A stretch of 64,000 nt of DNA, taken from NCBI GenBank assembly GCA_050084985.1, contig JBITNC010000001.1, forward strand, positions 98,580,001 through 98,644,000, read 5' to 3'. Within the stretch, counting starts at the first letter, position 1, and every line of letters starts with the position of its first letter. Both the position numbers and the translations under genes were made by a program. The notes beneath the pieces were generated by a model. The model had not been told where the DNA came from and did not search any database. It saw only the letters and a program-made list of their open reading frames with translations. Shown piece by piece: positions 10,200-23,709 of the stretch. This DNA is from Nageia nagi. Lineage: Eukaryota; Plantae; Pinophyta.

Positions 10200-13066
10200 T
10201 ATTAGAAATTACAATGCATTGTTGTGTAATACGTCTCTTTATACTATAATCCACTTAATACTTAAAAGTATATAGATACCTTAAGTATTAAGGGAATAAA
10301 ATATTTAAAAAGGTTAACTTAACCCTTGAGTTAAAGGGTGGTTAAAGAGAGGGTTGTATACTATAAATAGAGGGATACTCTTCTCTCATAAACACACTTA
10401 GAGAAGTATGAAAATGTAGTCTTATAGAATTGTAATAATGCTCTTGTAGGAGTTTTGTAGAGGAATTCTTATAGAAGAATTCTTGAGATTTTTTAGGAGA
10501 GTTCTATTGTGAAAAATAATAGAAAATATGGTTTAAAGTGGATGTACTCCCAAGAGATGGAGGAACCACTATACTTCTCCTTATCACTTTGTGTGATTGT
10601 TTTATCATTGAGTTCCTAGTTTAGATGTGTTAATTTTTTTAAAGATGTATGGATCCTTCAAGGAGATCTTGGATATAGAATCCTTCAATTCCATCATTTG
10701 GTATCATAGCCATCTTGGAGTCTTCCTTTCAGTCATTCCTACATCCTTTTTGAGGTAAATCAAGTGAAGGTATAATATCCTACCTTCTTGTTTTGTTGAT
10801 TTTGGATTGTTTCATTATGATACTAACAATGTGTTGTTAATTTCTAGTTTTGAAACTTTATTTCAAATGCCAATATATTGTTGTTATGTCATTTTTACAT
10901 ACTAACAATTTAAGTTAGTTACAATTTTTTGTAAACATTGTTTAAAACATAGCAACAATATATTGGTATAAGCATTTAGTATGCATAATTAGTGTTATAT
11001 TGGTCATCAAATTGGTAGAGTATCAATTTCTAAACTTTTGTCTACATACTATTTGTATCAGAGTTGTAAAGTTTGGAATTGTTTTGTTCTCTACAATCTA
11101 TATTTACAATTTTTTATATAATTACTTAATAAATGCTATAATCCTTTGTATACTAAAGAGGTTAGTGTACAAAAAATTACCATTTAGATATGTTATTTGA
11201 AGAGTAATATGTTTTCATTTTTTACTAACATTTTTATGTTAGTTGCATGTTTTTGTTTCAATGACACCTATTTTACAATAGTTTATTATGAAATTTAGTG
11301 TGCTAGGTTGCATTTTTTTAACAAATTTTCACAATTGGTTTTACAAAAATCTTGCCAATTTTACAAAAATTTATTCTATATCTATATAACAATATATTAT
11401 GCATATTTTTGAGAATTTTGTCTAACACCTAATTTGCATATTATGCAATTGTTCTTATCTATAAAAATATTGCACATATTATTATATATTTGTATTTATT
11501 TTACAAAATAAATACATATTTTGTTTTAAATTTTGTTCCTATACAATAACTTTGTGCAAAAGAAAGATAAGAATGTTACTCCTATAAAAGTCTCTTTTCT
11601 AAGAAGAAATTTTAAAATATGTATTTCATGATTTACATAGTAATTATATATATATATTATTATTGGGGGAGCAACCATGGCTGTGTCCACCCCAGTCCAG
11701 CCCTATAGAGGTGTGACTTTCCCAAGGGCCGCCACCTCCTCCGTGGAGGCATGATGACCCAAGGGGCTACCACCTTCCAAGGGGGGGATTAGTTGGCAAG
11801 TGTTGCCACCTCCCCAAAGAGAGATGTGGAAGGCCCAAGCACTACCACCTCCAAAAGGAAGGCACAATAGGCCAGGGCTACCACCTCCCCAAAAGGAGGT
11901 GAACGGGTTAAGGCCATTGTCCTCCTCTAAGGGGGCAGACAGGCCAAGGTTTCCATCTCCCTAAAGGGAGGCATTGCAAGTCAGAACCACCATCCTCCTA
12001 AAGAGGGCATATATGGCTTGGCCACCATCCACCCTTTGCACACCAGGGGGTACAACCTCTCCATGGTCACCTTTGGCCCTGTTCATAGCCATGAATCTTA
12101 TTCTTTTGCATCCTCCATGTGCAAGCTCTCCAATGAGCCACTACATGTTTTTTGAAACCTGCACCACAACCAAAATAAAAATGTTTAATATCTTTGTGTT
12201 TACTCCTATTATTAGCATGTATTTATGTACAACTATGTTTATTTTTTCCAAACAACATGGGTATATTTTTCTACCCTAAATTCTTTTTTTTTTGACTTGG
12301 AGAATATTAATTTGGAGGTGAATTTTTCAAAATAGAAGTTTCTGTATTAATTACATAGGGCATTTTTTTTTTTGAGATGATTTTTGAGGTGATTTTTTAA
12401 GGGTTGAATTTTGCACATAAATCAAGGGGGTGTATATATTTTTTCCACCTTATTTATTTTTCCACTCCTTATTTCTTATGGGTATTCAATTCCTTGCAAT
12501 GGACTTTATTAATCCACCAACGTGTTTGTGATGGAATTATTTTTTGTAAATACCACCAAGGGGGAGTGTTATAAATTATAATGCACTATTGTGTAATACC
12601 TCTCTTTGTAATATAATCCACTTAATACTTAAAGGTATTTAGTTACCTTAAGTATTAAGAGAATAAAATATTAGAAAATGTTAACTTAACCCTTGAGTTA
12701 AAGGGTGGTTAAAGAGAGGGTTGTATGCTATAAATAGAAGGCTACCTCCTCTCTCATAACACAAACTTGGAGAAGCATGAAAATGCTAGTCTTATATAAT
12801 TGTAGGAATGCTCTTATAGGAGTTTTGTAGAGGAATTCTTATAGAAGAATTCTTGATAATTTGTAAGAGAGTTCTCTTATGAGAAGTAATAGAAAAGATG
12901 GTTTAAAATGAATGTACTCACAAGAGATGGAGGAACCACTGTACTTCTCCATATCACATTATGTAATTATTTTATTGTTGAGTTCCTAGTTTAGACGTGT
13001 TAATTTTGTTGAAGATGTATGGATCCTTCAAGGAGATCTTGGATGTGGAATCCTTCAATTCCATCA
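10200..13066 (+). mobile_element. Non-autonomous (non-coding) LTR retroelement nested in the Tat integrase
   Basis: LTRs 10200-10696 and 12567-13066; PBS TGGTATCATAGCC (tRNA-iMet type) at 10699; PPT aagggggag before 12567; TSD actac/aatac; no gag/pol motifs inside. Confidence 0.92.
11721..12020. repeat. Degenerate ~37-bp tandem array of hairpin units (about 8 copies)
   Basis: Recurring core CCACCTCCCC-AAA-GGAGGY with variable linkers; GC-rich island in an AT-rich element interior. Confidence 0.85.
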
Positions 13067-16000
13067 AATACAACTTCATTTCCATACACTAATAAAAATA
13101 AAGTTGCCCCAATGGCTATTTTGATACTTTTCCTATATGCCCATAGTGTGTATGGTAGTTGATCATGGCAATCTCTTTTGTATTTATCCCAAGTTTTTGA
13201 CAAAATACTCTTGATGATTTTGTTAGTAGCTTTAGCTTGACCATTACCTTAAGGATAGTAAACTCAAGAAAATATTTGCACAATATGAAACATTTTGTAA
13301 AATGCTTTCATATCTTCACCTTTAAAGTTAGTCCCATTATCCATAATCAACCTTTGTGGCACACCAAATCTTGTAATGATATTTTCAACTAGGGATGCAA
13401 TGATCTTGATTTCATGGGAATAGCTTCAACCCATTTCGTAGTGAATTTAGTGGCTGTAATGACAAATTTATGACCTTCCCTTGAGTGAGGATTGATAAGC
13501 CTAATCAAATCTATGCCTCCAAGTAGCAAATGGCCATCGTGAGACAATTGAATTTAACTCTTGAGTGGGTTGTTTTTCCATACTAGCATGCATTTTGACA
13601 TTGTAAACAAGTCTTCACATGAGCTTTACAATCTTCCTCCGTTATGGGCCAATAATACCCAATGCCAAAAACTTAATGTACAATGCCTTTGAATGAAAAT
13701 GATCTCCACATAAACCATCATGAGCCTATTATAATGCTATAGCTATCTCATGTTGCATTCGACATCTCAATAAAGCACCATCAAAATACCTTCTATACAA
13801 TACTTCACTAATTATATCATACTTAATAGCAATCCTTTTCAATCTAATCTTTCCATTTTTATCAAAATCATCAAGAATTATTTGATACTTCAAATAATTG
13901 TAAATGTCAAAATACCAATTCTGAAAATCATTCTCCTCAACAATAAAACAAGTCTGAATTTCCTACATATATTCAATATAAGAGGGTATACCAAGCTTAT
14001 GAATTTTTAAGATAGTCTATTCATCCTCAATTTCAATCGATGGAAGAGAAGCTACACTTGCCATGGTATATGCATATTTGTTACGAGTCTGTGGGATATT
14101 CTGAATATTATATTTATCAAATTGATCTAATAAATCATTGACCACTACCTTATAGGGCTTAAATTTCTCATCCTTCATATCAAAAATATCATGTAATTGG
14201 TTAATTACAAGTTTTGAATCACCATAAATCTTTAAATAATTAATTCTCAATGTGATAACTGCTTTCAAACCTAGTATCAATGCTTAATACTCTACCATAT
14301 TATCTATGTACTAAAAACTAGGCTTGTAAGCCATGGGGATTACTTCATTTGTAAGAGAAACTAAGAGAATACCTACCTCTACTCCATAAGAATATTTGGA
14401 TCCATCAAAGTACAACATCCAAACATTGGGTTTGTCTTTCGTGAGGCACACATATTCATTAGGGATTGACATCTCATCAAAATCACATCACTCGTGGCCT
14501 TCTAACAGGTCTACACATCATTGACAACATGGATGATCCTCATATTCATATAAAAATTCTTCATGGATAACTGCTTCGTTATTATGGGGGAATTCAGCTA
14601 TCAAATCTCTAATGGCATGCCCTTTTACAGACTTCTACTTTACCATATTTATATCAAACTCCTATAATAAGATTAGCCATTTTGCTACCCTACCTGATAA
14701 ATGCTGCTTTGCTACAAGATATTTCAATGGATTAATAGGGCTAACAATAAACATAGTACAATACAACAAATAATGTCTCAATTTTTCAATAGCAAATACA
14801 ATACCATAATAGAGCTTTTCCATTGGAGTATACTTATTTTCATAATCAAAAAGAGTTTTGCTAAGGTAATATAAGACTCTTTCCTTATTTTCTTCATCCA
14901 ATTGGCACAACATTGCCCCAAGGCATACAATGTAGCTAAGATATATAAATAAGAAGGTTTTGAAAAATCCATAGCACTAGAATAGGAGGGTTGAGCAAAT
15001 ATTATTTTATATCCTGAAAAAGTTTCTTGGCATTTTTCATCCCATGCAAATTTAAAATCCTTTTTCAATAGATGAGTGAAAGGCCTACACTTATATCCAA
15101 GCTGGGAAATGAACCTTCTTATCGAATTAATCTTTCCTTGAAGACTTGTTAATTGCTTTAGATTCTTTGGAGAAGGCATACTAATTATGGCTTTCACTTT
15201 TTTAGGATCCACTTCAATTCCTCTATTAGATACCATGAAACCAAACAACTTTCCAAAAGTAACACCAAAGGCAATTTTTGAGGTTTAAGTCTAAGTTTAT
15301 ACCTTTTCAAAATTTGGAATACCTCCTTAAGCAGCTCTAAATAATCTTGGTATTATTTCATTTCACCAAGATGCCATCATTATATACCTCAACTAATTTA
15401 TGAATGTGCTCATGAAATATTGAAACCATAGCCCTTTGTAAGTGGCACCTACATTTTTTAATCCAAAAGGCATAGCCTTCCAACAAAAAATTCCCCATGG
15501 AGTGGTAAAAACACTCTTGTGTTGATCAGGTAGATTGATTAGTATTTGATGATAACTAGGAAAACCATCCATGAAAGATAATGTATCATGACTAGCTATG
15601 CTATCCAAAATCATATCAATATTGGGCAGTGGAAAATCATCTTTAGGACAAGCATTGTTAATATCTCAAAATTTAGTACAAACCCTTATTTCTCCAGTTA
15701 GCTATATTAAGGAACAATGTTAGCCATCCAATTAGAATAATCAATTGGTCTAATAAATCCAACATTTAAATACTTCTCTTTTTCTTTCTTGACTATCAAA
15801 GCTTTTGAAGGATGCATTTTTCTTGGATTTTGCTTGATTGGCTTAGCTCCCTCTTTAAGTGGTAAATTATGCATGACAAATGTAGGATCAAAACCAAGAA
15901 TATCATCGTAAGACCAACCAATTTTTTGTGATGTTCAATGAATTTATTTTTGTACCTTTCTTGTTGTGGTGTAGGGAGAGCTTCTCCAACTTGAACCAAT

Positions 16001-17300
16001 TCTTGCTCATCAGTAATCCCAATATTGATATTTACCAAATCTTTAGCTAGAAATATAAGCTCATATATTTTTTTTCATAGGAAAGGTAGTTCCTCTTATC
16101 CATGTATGTCATTTATAACATTATCCTCTAGCCAAACATTAAACACTTCATTGAACTTTACTTGTTGACCAAAATATGCATACTCATTAGAATATAACTA
16201 ACTTGCCTCTTTTCATTAGATTTAGGCAACTCTAAATGTGCCCCAAGTATTCTAAAATATTGTCATTAGTACTAAAGCAATCAAACTCTAAAGCTATAGT
16301 ATCATCAATCCAAAAATCTCTATCAATCTCATTATATAATTCAAACAAATTGCATTATTTCACAAACTTATAGGTCCCATTATTTATTTAGTGTTGTTGA
16401 CACTATCGAATCCATTTTTAGTCATCTGTACTTTTAAATTATCAAGAAATTAAGGTATCCCTTCCTTATACTTTCCTAATCCTTCCCCTTTGTACTTTAA
16501 AATTTTAACCATATATTTATGAATAAAAGGAGATGGAAATAGTTTACCCATTTTGGTAATCATTCATGCTTTTATTCATTTATCAGGACTGGGTAATATA
16601 GACATGAAAAAGAAAGATCCTTCCCCATCTCCACTATTTCCACGTCGCTAATGATCTTCTAGAAGGATAACATGCCATATATGGCCCTCCACAGATAGAA
16701 TTTTGGGTCATCCAAAATCTTTAATGGATGCACACAAATCCACATTCTCAATTATGTGTGTACCCATTCCTGATTTCTTAATCTAAGTCTTTTTTTCTAC
16801 ATTTTCCCTTAGTGAACTTTGCTCTAAGGGCTCAATCACATAGCTTGGACAAGTCATTGTGAATTCCTCAAAATATGTTGCATTATAGAAAGTATATGGA
16901 TCTAGATCACCAAGCACTTTATGAACCTCACCCTGATATTCAAATTTTAATCTACCATGCACTGTTGATGGGATTGCATCCATACAATGAAGCTAGGATC
17001 TTCTTGATAACAAATTATATGATAATTTGGAATTAACAACCTAAATTTAGCTGCAATTTCCTTACTCTTGTAGTTACCATAATTTTATCTATCCCAACCA
17101 ATTTTTTAAATGAACTATCATATGCCCTAATCTTGAATGTAGCTTCTTCTAATGGAGGGTTTGTACATCTTTTTCTTTGAGTTGAATTAAAAACTTATGG
17201 GAACATACATTAATGGCTGATCCATTATCTACCAATGTCCTTTTAATTTCCCAACAATCAATCATAGGTGTAATATATAAAGTTAAACATTCATCAACCA
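13067..17300 (-). pseudogene. Tat-element pol pseudogene (protease, RT, RNase H, archaeal-type RNase H, integrase); integrase tail continues at ~9780-10199
   Basis: ORF pieces 16783-16983, 15393-15614, 14778-15248, 14662-14913, 14017-14280, 13000-13203; YGNEVV|VPL.LELP joins across the nested insertion. Confidence 0.9.
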
Positions 17301-18843
17301 ACTCCTTATTAAGCTTTTCAAAATTGTAAAAAGAGATAGCATCAATTCCTTGATAGGTCTAAGCTTTTCGAAGACATAGCAGCATACATATTTATAGGAA
17401 ATATATCCTTTTTTAATAAAGCATATAAGATCTATCTACATGTTTTAGATGTGGATATAAGATCATATAAACTAATCTTTATAGGAGTAGTTCTTAATCA
17501 CTCGATTATACTATACATTTTTGGATTAGGAGGGATACTTGTTATGCAACAATTGGAGTAGGAGCATGCCTTGGATGCCCTCTTCTTAACCCAACACAAA
17601 CCTCTTTGTCAATGAGACTATATTCACTGTTTTTCTTTGAGTAACATCTATTTGATAAATTTGATACTTTCTTTAGCAATAAGATCCAATATAGCTGCCT
17701 CTAATACTTTGCAAAAATTTGTAGACATGACCCTTTCTTTGATGATATGTGCAATAAGCATTTGATTTCCCCATAGGAACATTATCATCTTATGTTGATT
17801 TTTCCAATGGCTACAATAATTACCTTTTCATTAAATCCCTCATAATAAATCTTGGCTAAATTAGAAAAGTGTACCTCATGTCTTTTGTAGTTGTAGATCT
17901 TTGCATTTTTAGTGGAGAAGGAGGTCTATCAGCCATATGTACTAATTTTCTTCCTTTTTAACATATTTCCTTCTATTTTCTTTATGGAAAGAATTAGAGG
18001 CATAATTGAGCTCCCCTAACTCAAGTAAAACTTTTCTTTTTGCAACAATTCTTGTATCAATACTCTAAATCCCACATTTTTATTACTAAGTGCATGTAAA
18101 TTGATAATTGGCAAGATAAAATAACTAAATATAGCACAAATTTCACTTTCATACTATTTTTCTTTGAATATATTGCCATACCTTTTTAAACTATGGAATG
18201 TACTTTTTTAGGGTTTTGTTACTCCCTTGTCTCATTATGCATAACTTTGTAATGGTACTTTGCTCTTTGATATTGTGTTTGTATTATCTCATGAATAATT
18301 TGATCAATGAATTGAAACAATCAATTAAACCTCCAAGCAAATTATAGAACCACTTACTAGTATCACCTTTCAGACTCCTTGGGAAGAACTTTACCATCAA
18401 CTTCTCCTTTGACCCTAATTTCAATAAGCACTCCTCCTAAAAGCTGATAAGATGTTATTTTGGGTCCTATTCACCACTAAAATCTTGAATGTCTTTTTGG
18501 GGGTAGGGAAAATTGCAGATCTCCTTAGATAAGGGTGGGATGAATACACCATCATAGTTCTTTTCACTTTGTTATGATCTCTTGGCATTCTCAAGATTGG
18601 TAAGTCATCCCGCTAAGATGGGATCTAGCATCATCAATGAACTACCCTAACTATTGAATGACTTGACTTGCTTTTACATATTATCCATTCTTCTGAGAAC
18701 TTATGCATAAATTGCTCCATTTTTACACTATTGATGATCCAAAAATGGCTAAAAATATCGTTGATGATGCAAATTCATTACAAAATTCTCGTGATATGTT
18801 ATTGGGAGGGTAAGATAAATTGAAACACACAAGTTCACCAAAA

Positions 18844-19476
18844 TGTAGACCATAAATAATGCATAAATGGTAAATCAATGCACTATTTGTCTACGATATA
18901 TTATTGAAGCATATATGAGAAATATGGCATCAAAAAAATAATGATAATCAATGTACCTTCATCGTAGTTGCATAAACATGGAATAATAGAGATCATTCAT
19001 TACCATCACATGGTATTCATAAAGACTATACCACCAATGACTTAAAGATACCACGCCACTATTACATTGATTAAGTAGATTGCAAACAAAATAAAATATG
19101 TAAAAAAGTGACATGAAGGGTTTAACAGATCTATGCAAAGGTGGTGTTAGAAAATATTGTTGTTGGTAGGATAGAGTGATCTTGTATTTGTTAAATTCTC
19201 TCTTGGTGTTTCTGATACCTTCACCATGATTCCCCTTGTGTTTCCTTTGATCTATCTTTATAGAAACATCATGGTCTTCTTTGATTCTTAGGATCATTGC
19301 ACATTACATGGCTTGAGGTATCCTTCTTGATATTTGATACCTTTTACATTGCACAATGGTCCATTACATTTATTATATTACCTTAGGTATATTTTAACCC
19401 TTTTTTTATAATAAATAGCTTTGATGCTATAAATTGAATTATTTAATAAATAATAATTCATTTGTAAGCATCTACA
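18844..19476 (-). repeat. 5' LTR of the Tat element
   Basis: Homologous to 8111-8706, with indels. Confidence 0.92.
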
Positions 19477-19949
19477 CCCAAGTCTCTTTTGGCTATCCAT
19501 GGTATTAGCACTAACAGTGTCTTAAGCTCTTTGTCTATATCAGGTGATAGTAGTGATAGGAAGAGTCATAAGGTTGATAGTGGCAATAAGGGGAGATACT
19601 CATGATGTTGTATCACAAACATTGTATTATATTTATATTATATATTTTGTTTGATTCAATTTTTTTGTGTGAATGTTCATTTTATGCATGTTTTTACAAG
19701 TTTACGCTTATATTTCGCCTAATTGATACTTTAATGAATAATAAATTCAATTAGTAATAACAATAAATGCAAATACATAAAAAATCAAATTGAACACACA
19801 AGTTTACAATATTTGATGATAATATGAACCATTTTTTTCTAATAAACATGTTAAAAACACAACTACATACACTCAAAGCATTGGTTACACAACATCAAAT
19901 TTGATTGCATTTTCTATTTCTTTTCAGGTCCAAGAAATGAATGGCTTGG

Positions 19950-22550
19950 ATGCTCTAAGAATAGACCTATGATGTCCATGATTTGACACTTTATGATTTT
20001 TTAGAAAAATATATGGGTATTTTAAAGAAGACTAATGTAGTAGCCCATTGTAACATAAATGAAAACATGATGATAAATAAAACACAAATATTCAACATAA
20101 AAATACACTATGATACATGGTGAATTTACAATTTTTTTAATTTTAAACAATATAGTTGCGTACTTGGGTGGCCTTAAGAACTAACTTACAATTTGTTGAT
20201 GCAAAAAAAAAATCAAAACTATTCTATGTAGTTTGCACATAGTGTGGATTACGTGCGGATAAATTTGTATAATGTAGATGCTTGGCATTTATCGAGATTG
20301 GATATTATCATTTTTTTTCCTAGTTCTATGATTCACAAAGGATGATTATTTGTAATGTGTTGTCTTGCATCTATTAAAGAAATAGTATTGAAAATAATTT
20401 GAGGTACTTACCATTCCAATGTATCCTTTGGGATGTAGGTTTGTCCTTGGTAAAGGATTTGTAATACTTCCCAAGTTGACCATTATTAGAATGAATAGGG
20501 CCAACATCATCCTCTTGTTGTTTTGGAGTGTCATCATTCCAAAGAGTATTTTGATAAATGAGATATTGTATAATATTCTTAAAGTCTTACAATTCTTGGT
20601 TAAGTGTCCTTGTGTCCTATGGTAATTTCAAATTTTTTCAAATCTATAATTTTCAAGGACTTTATTTGGAAAATGATGTTGAACTATTAGTGGAAGCTCA
20701 ATGAGTTCTTTATATAATAAAACATTTAGAATATCATCAACATTTTCATTCAATTTATCAAACTTCCTTTTAGATATAAATGTCTTTTTATCAACACTTA
20801 CCATTGTTGCTACTTTCTTTAGAGTTGTGTAATTATTTACATTTGCATTGGTAATTTTGTGAAGTTGTTTATAATTTTGCAAAATACAAGGCTCTTTTTA
20901 AGTAATTTTTTCAAACATATTTCCTAAGGAGATGTCATCATTATCAAATACTTCTAATTTGAATATTGGTAAGAAAATAATTACAAAATTTTTGAACATT
21001 GTTTAGTGGCAGTAAGTCTATTAGCAACTTTATTCCACACCTTCACGAAATTTGTTGAGATTGACCATTTGCTTGTTTAATTCTATATTGATCTTTGAAT
21101 TTTGTTTTATTCTAAATTTTACATTTGAAATTAGCAATGAATTGCAAAACAAGATTTTCATATTTGTCAATACTTTTTTCAAGATGAGGAAAATACCATT
21201 TCAATGCATCATCTTTCAAACTACTTGAAAATAATTTAGCAAGCATATTATGATGATGGAGAAATTCGATAGCTTCTTCTTGGAATTTTCAAACATGCAT
21301 TTTTGGATCTTGAAAACCATTAAATTTTATAAATTGAATAAAACTTTGCAAGCAATTTAATCACTCAAAGGATGTTTTAAATAAGATAAGAAATCATCAT
21401 CATCGTTATAAAATGCTTTTACAATTTTGTTGATTATTTCTTAAAGTTTAAAACAAGGATCAAGGTGAGTCATAGGAGAGAATTGTACAACTAAGGATTG
21501 GAAATGGGCTATTGTGTTTATTGTGAACTTATGGGTTGTGAAACAAGAGATGGAACTATAGGTTGACTAGTTTGAGGGGTTGGTAGTGGGGATTGTAAAG
21601 TAATATTGCTATTTTGAGGGGAAAGTAAAGCTACAAGTTATGGAATGGGTATTTGAGTTGATTTTTTTAATCAAGCCTCTTTTAGTTTGAGGAAGGGACC
21701 AATTCTATGGATTTTCTATTCCTCCATGTTATCTAATAGATCATATATAATTTATAATTTTTCTCATTGATAGTGTTTTGAAAAGTATTTGATTCTTGTT
21801 CCTCTATAAGAATATCAATTTTGATTTCATATTAATCTTGAGTCTAATTAGTTTTTATTTATGGTTCTTCAATTTTAGTTAAGATATTCTTACCATTATT
21901 TTGATTAATGCATTTAGGGAGCGTGCCTATTTCAGGAGGACCTACCAAACGTGCGAAGGCTTCTTTATCATGTTCATCTTTATTGCATTTGACATCATTT
22001 TGTGAGCTTCAGAGGTACTATTTCTTTGATGTTGGTGCTCTAAATATAGTTCGATACTAGAATTAGTGCTCTATTTTTTAGTGGTAACACTTATTTAAAA
22101 GAATTTGCATTTTCATATTGAAATAAATATTATGATGAAAGTAGAGTTCCAACATTTGACTCTAATATTTTATGTTTTATTAAAATATCCATAATTGCTT
22201 TAGTATTATTAGTAACAAAATATTCCATTCTATCAGTATGGTTAATCAATTCTTTTTTAGAATTAATATTTGCAAAAAATAACATCTAGATCATCATTCT
22301 TAGATTCATTTTTAGATGCACTAGTAGATCTCTCTTGATTTACACTTTCCAAATTATCATTATAAAAGTTAACATTAAACTTATTAGGTGTTTGGCTAAT
22401 GATATTCATGCGATAACTAAAATTGAAAGATTCAAAATATTCTTTATCAATTTCTATTATATCATGTGGTTGAGGTTCATAGAATTTATAATGTATATCA
22501 ATATCAATCTTGGTACTTCTTCTAATCTCATAAAAATGAACCTTCCCTCT
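19950..22550 (-). pseudogene. Highly decayed transposon-associated gene, possibly with a C-terminal Ulp1/C48 protease
   Basis: Low-complexity open stretch at ~22250-22550; weak FF....THY..IILC and C(G/*)IFVFY motifs near 20350 and 20090. Confidence 0.3.
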
Positions 22551-22572
22551 TAAAACACTAGGTTACTCTTCA

Positions 22573-23699
22573 CACTACACAAAAGGTTGATTTGCATCCT
22601 TTTTTGCTTATTAAAACATGAAAAATGAAAATCAACATTAATTTGCATCCTGCATCAACATGCATCATTTTATTTTATTTCCATTTTTTCACTTTTTTGA
22701 CATAAATTCTGATGCAAATTTCGACGTAAAATTTGACACGAATTTTGCATCTTATTTCACTAACAAAAATATAAAACACATTTTACTATTCATTAATTGA
22801 TCAATTGATGGCTCACATTCATTTCATCCTCCATCCATACCAAAAATGATTACCCAATAGCCAAGTACCCTCTCCTATCTATATATCAACAAACCTCCCT
22901 ATAATCCTTACATTTCAAACACTTTAGATAATTTTTTTCTTCCTTATTTTTCAAGTTTCAATCATAGCTATGGTTCCCATGGAAAAGAAGAAGCCCTTAG
23001 AAAATAAGCCAACAGAAAAAAAAAAAAGCTCCATAGTTGGGAAAAGAAAAAAGATAATAAGCCCATAGTTGCAGAAAAGAAAACTCCTTTGAAGGTAGAA
23101 AAAGAAGCAAGCAACAAGAAATGGAAAATAATATTAAAAATCTTACTGTATTATTTAGGAAAATAATATATAATAAATTTATTTTTTTAAAACCTAAACC
23201 ACTAACCCCATTCCTGAACTGGTTTAATGGACCTATGTCGTTGCCCTAAAGACTTAATAAAAATGATGTACCTTGCAAAGGTCGTAACTTTTGATATGGA
23301 TATCATTTTGAGCCCATTTTTTTAAATTGCACAAAATTAAAATATCTAAAAGTATATGATATCTTATTTTGAAAATCAATCTAAAAATTGATGCAAATTA
23401 TGAAAATTTGAAATAAAATTTGACACAAATAATGAAATTATGATACAAATTCTGAATAACGATGCAAAAAATGATGCAAAAAGTGGCTTTAAGGACATAA
23501 AAATGATGCAAAAAGTGGCTTCAAGGACACAAAAAATAATGCAAAAGGTGACTTTAAGAGCATAAAAAATGATGCAAAAAGTGCTCCAAAAAGGATGCAA
23601 ATTTTGGCATGATAGTTTGCTTTGGAAAAATGGGAAAAAACAAATTAACAAAGCATCTTGATGCAAAAAAGTATGTAAATTGAGTTTTTGGTGGTAGTT
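22573..23699. mobile_element. Non-autonomous CACTA (EnSpm) element, Pack-type
   Basis: Left end CACTACACAAAA; right end TTTTGGTGGTAGTT (TAGTG with one change); 3-bp flanks tca/tga; subterminal TTTGCATC repeats on the left and GATGCAAA repeats on the right. Confidence 0.8.
22970..23130 (+). pseudogene. Captured histone H2B-like N-terminal tail fragment
   Basis: MVPMEKKKPLENKPTEKKK/AP...KPIVAEKKTPLKVEKEASNKK resembles plant H2B tails (MAPKAEKKPAEKKP..EKAP..KPKAEKKLPKE..DKK); CCAAT- and TATA-like boxes upstream; frameshifted. Confidence 0.55.
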
Positions 23700-23709
23700 T
23701 GATGACAAA

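Larger units (their letters stand above)
8111..19476 (-). mobile_element. Full-length decayed Ty3/gypsy LTR retrotransposon, Tat/Ogre clade (PR-RT-RH-aRH-INT)
   Basis: Paired LTRs TGTAGACC...TCTACA; PPT (aaagaggggcaaaa) next to the left LTR; PBS-like TGGTGAAC next to the right LTR; RT (FTTPWG, MPFGLKNVGAT), RH, second RH (WMLYFDGS...IYGDSKLVINQ), integrase; flanks ccaag / (c)ccaag. Confidence 0.93.

Noticed and set aside
11721-12020. CRISPR array
   Set aside because: Plant TE context, no cas genes, degenerate repeats, and linkers that are short and related to each other
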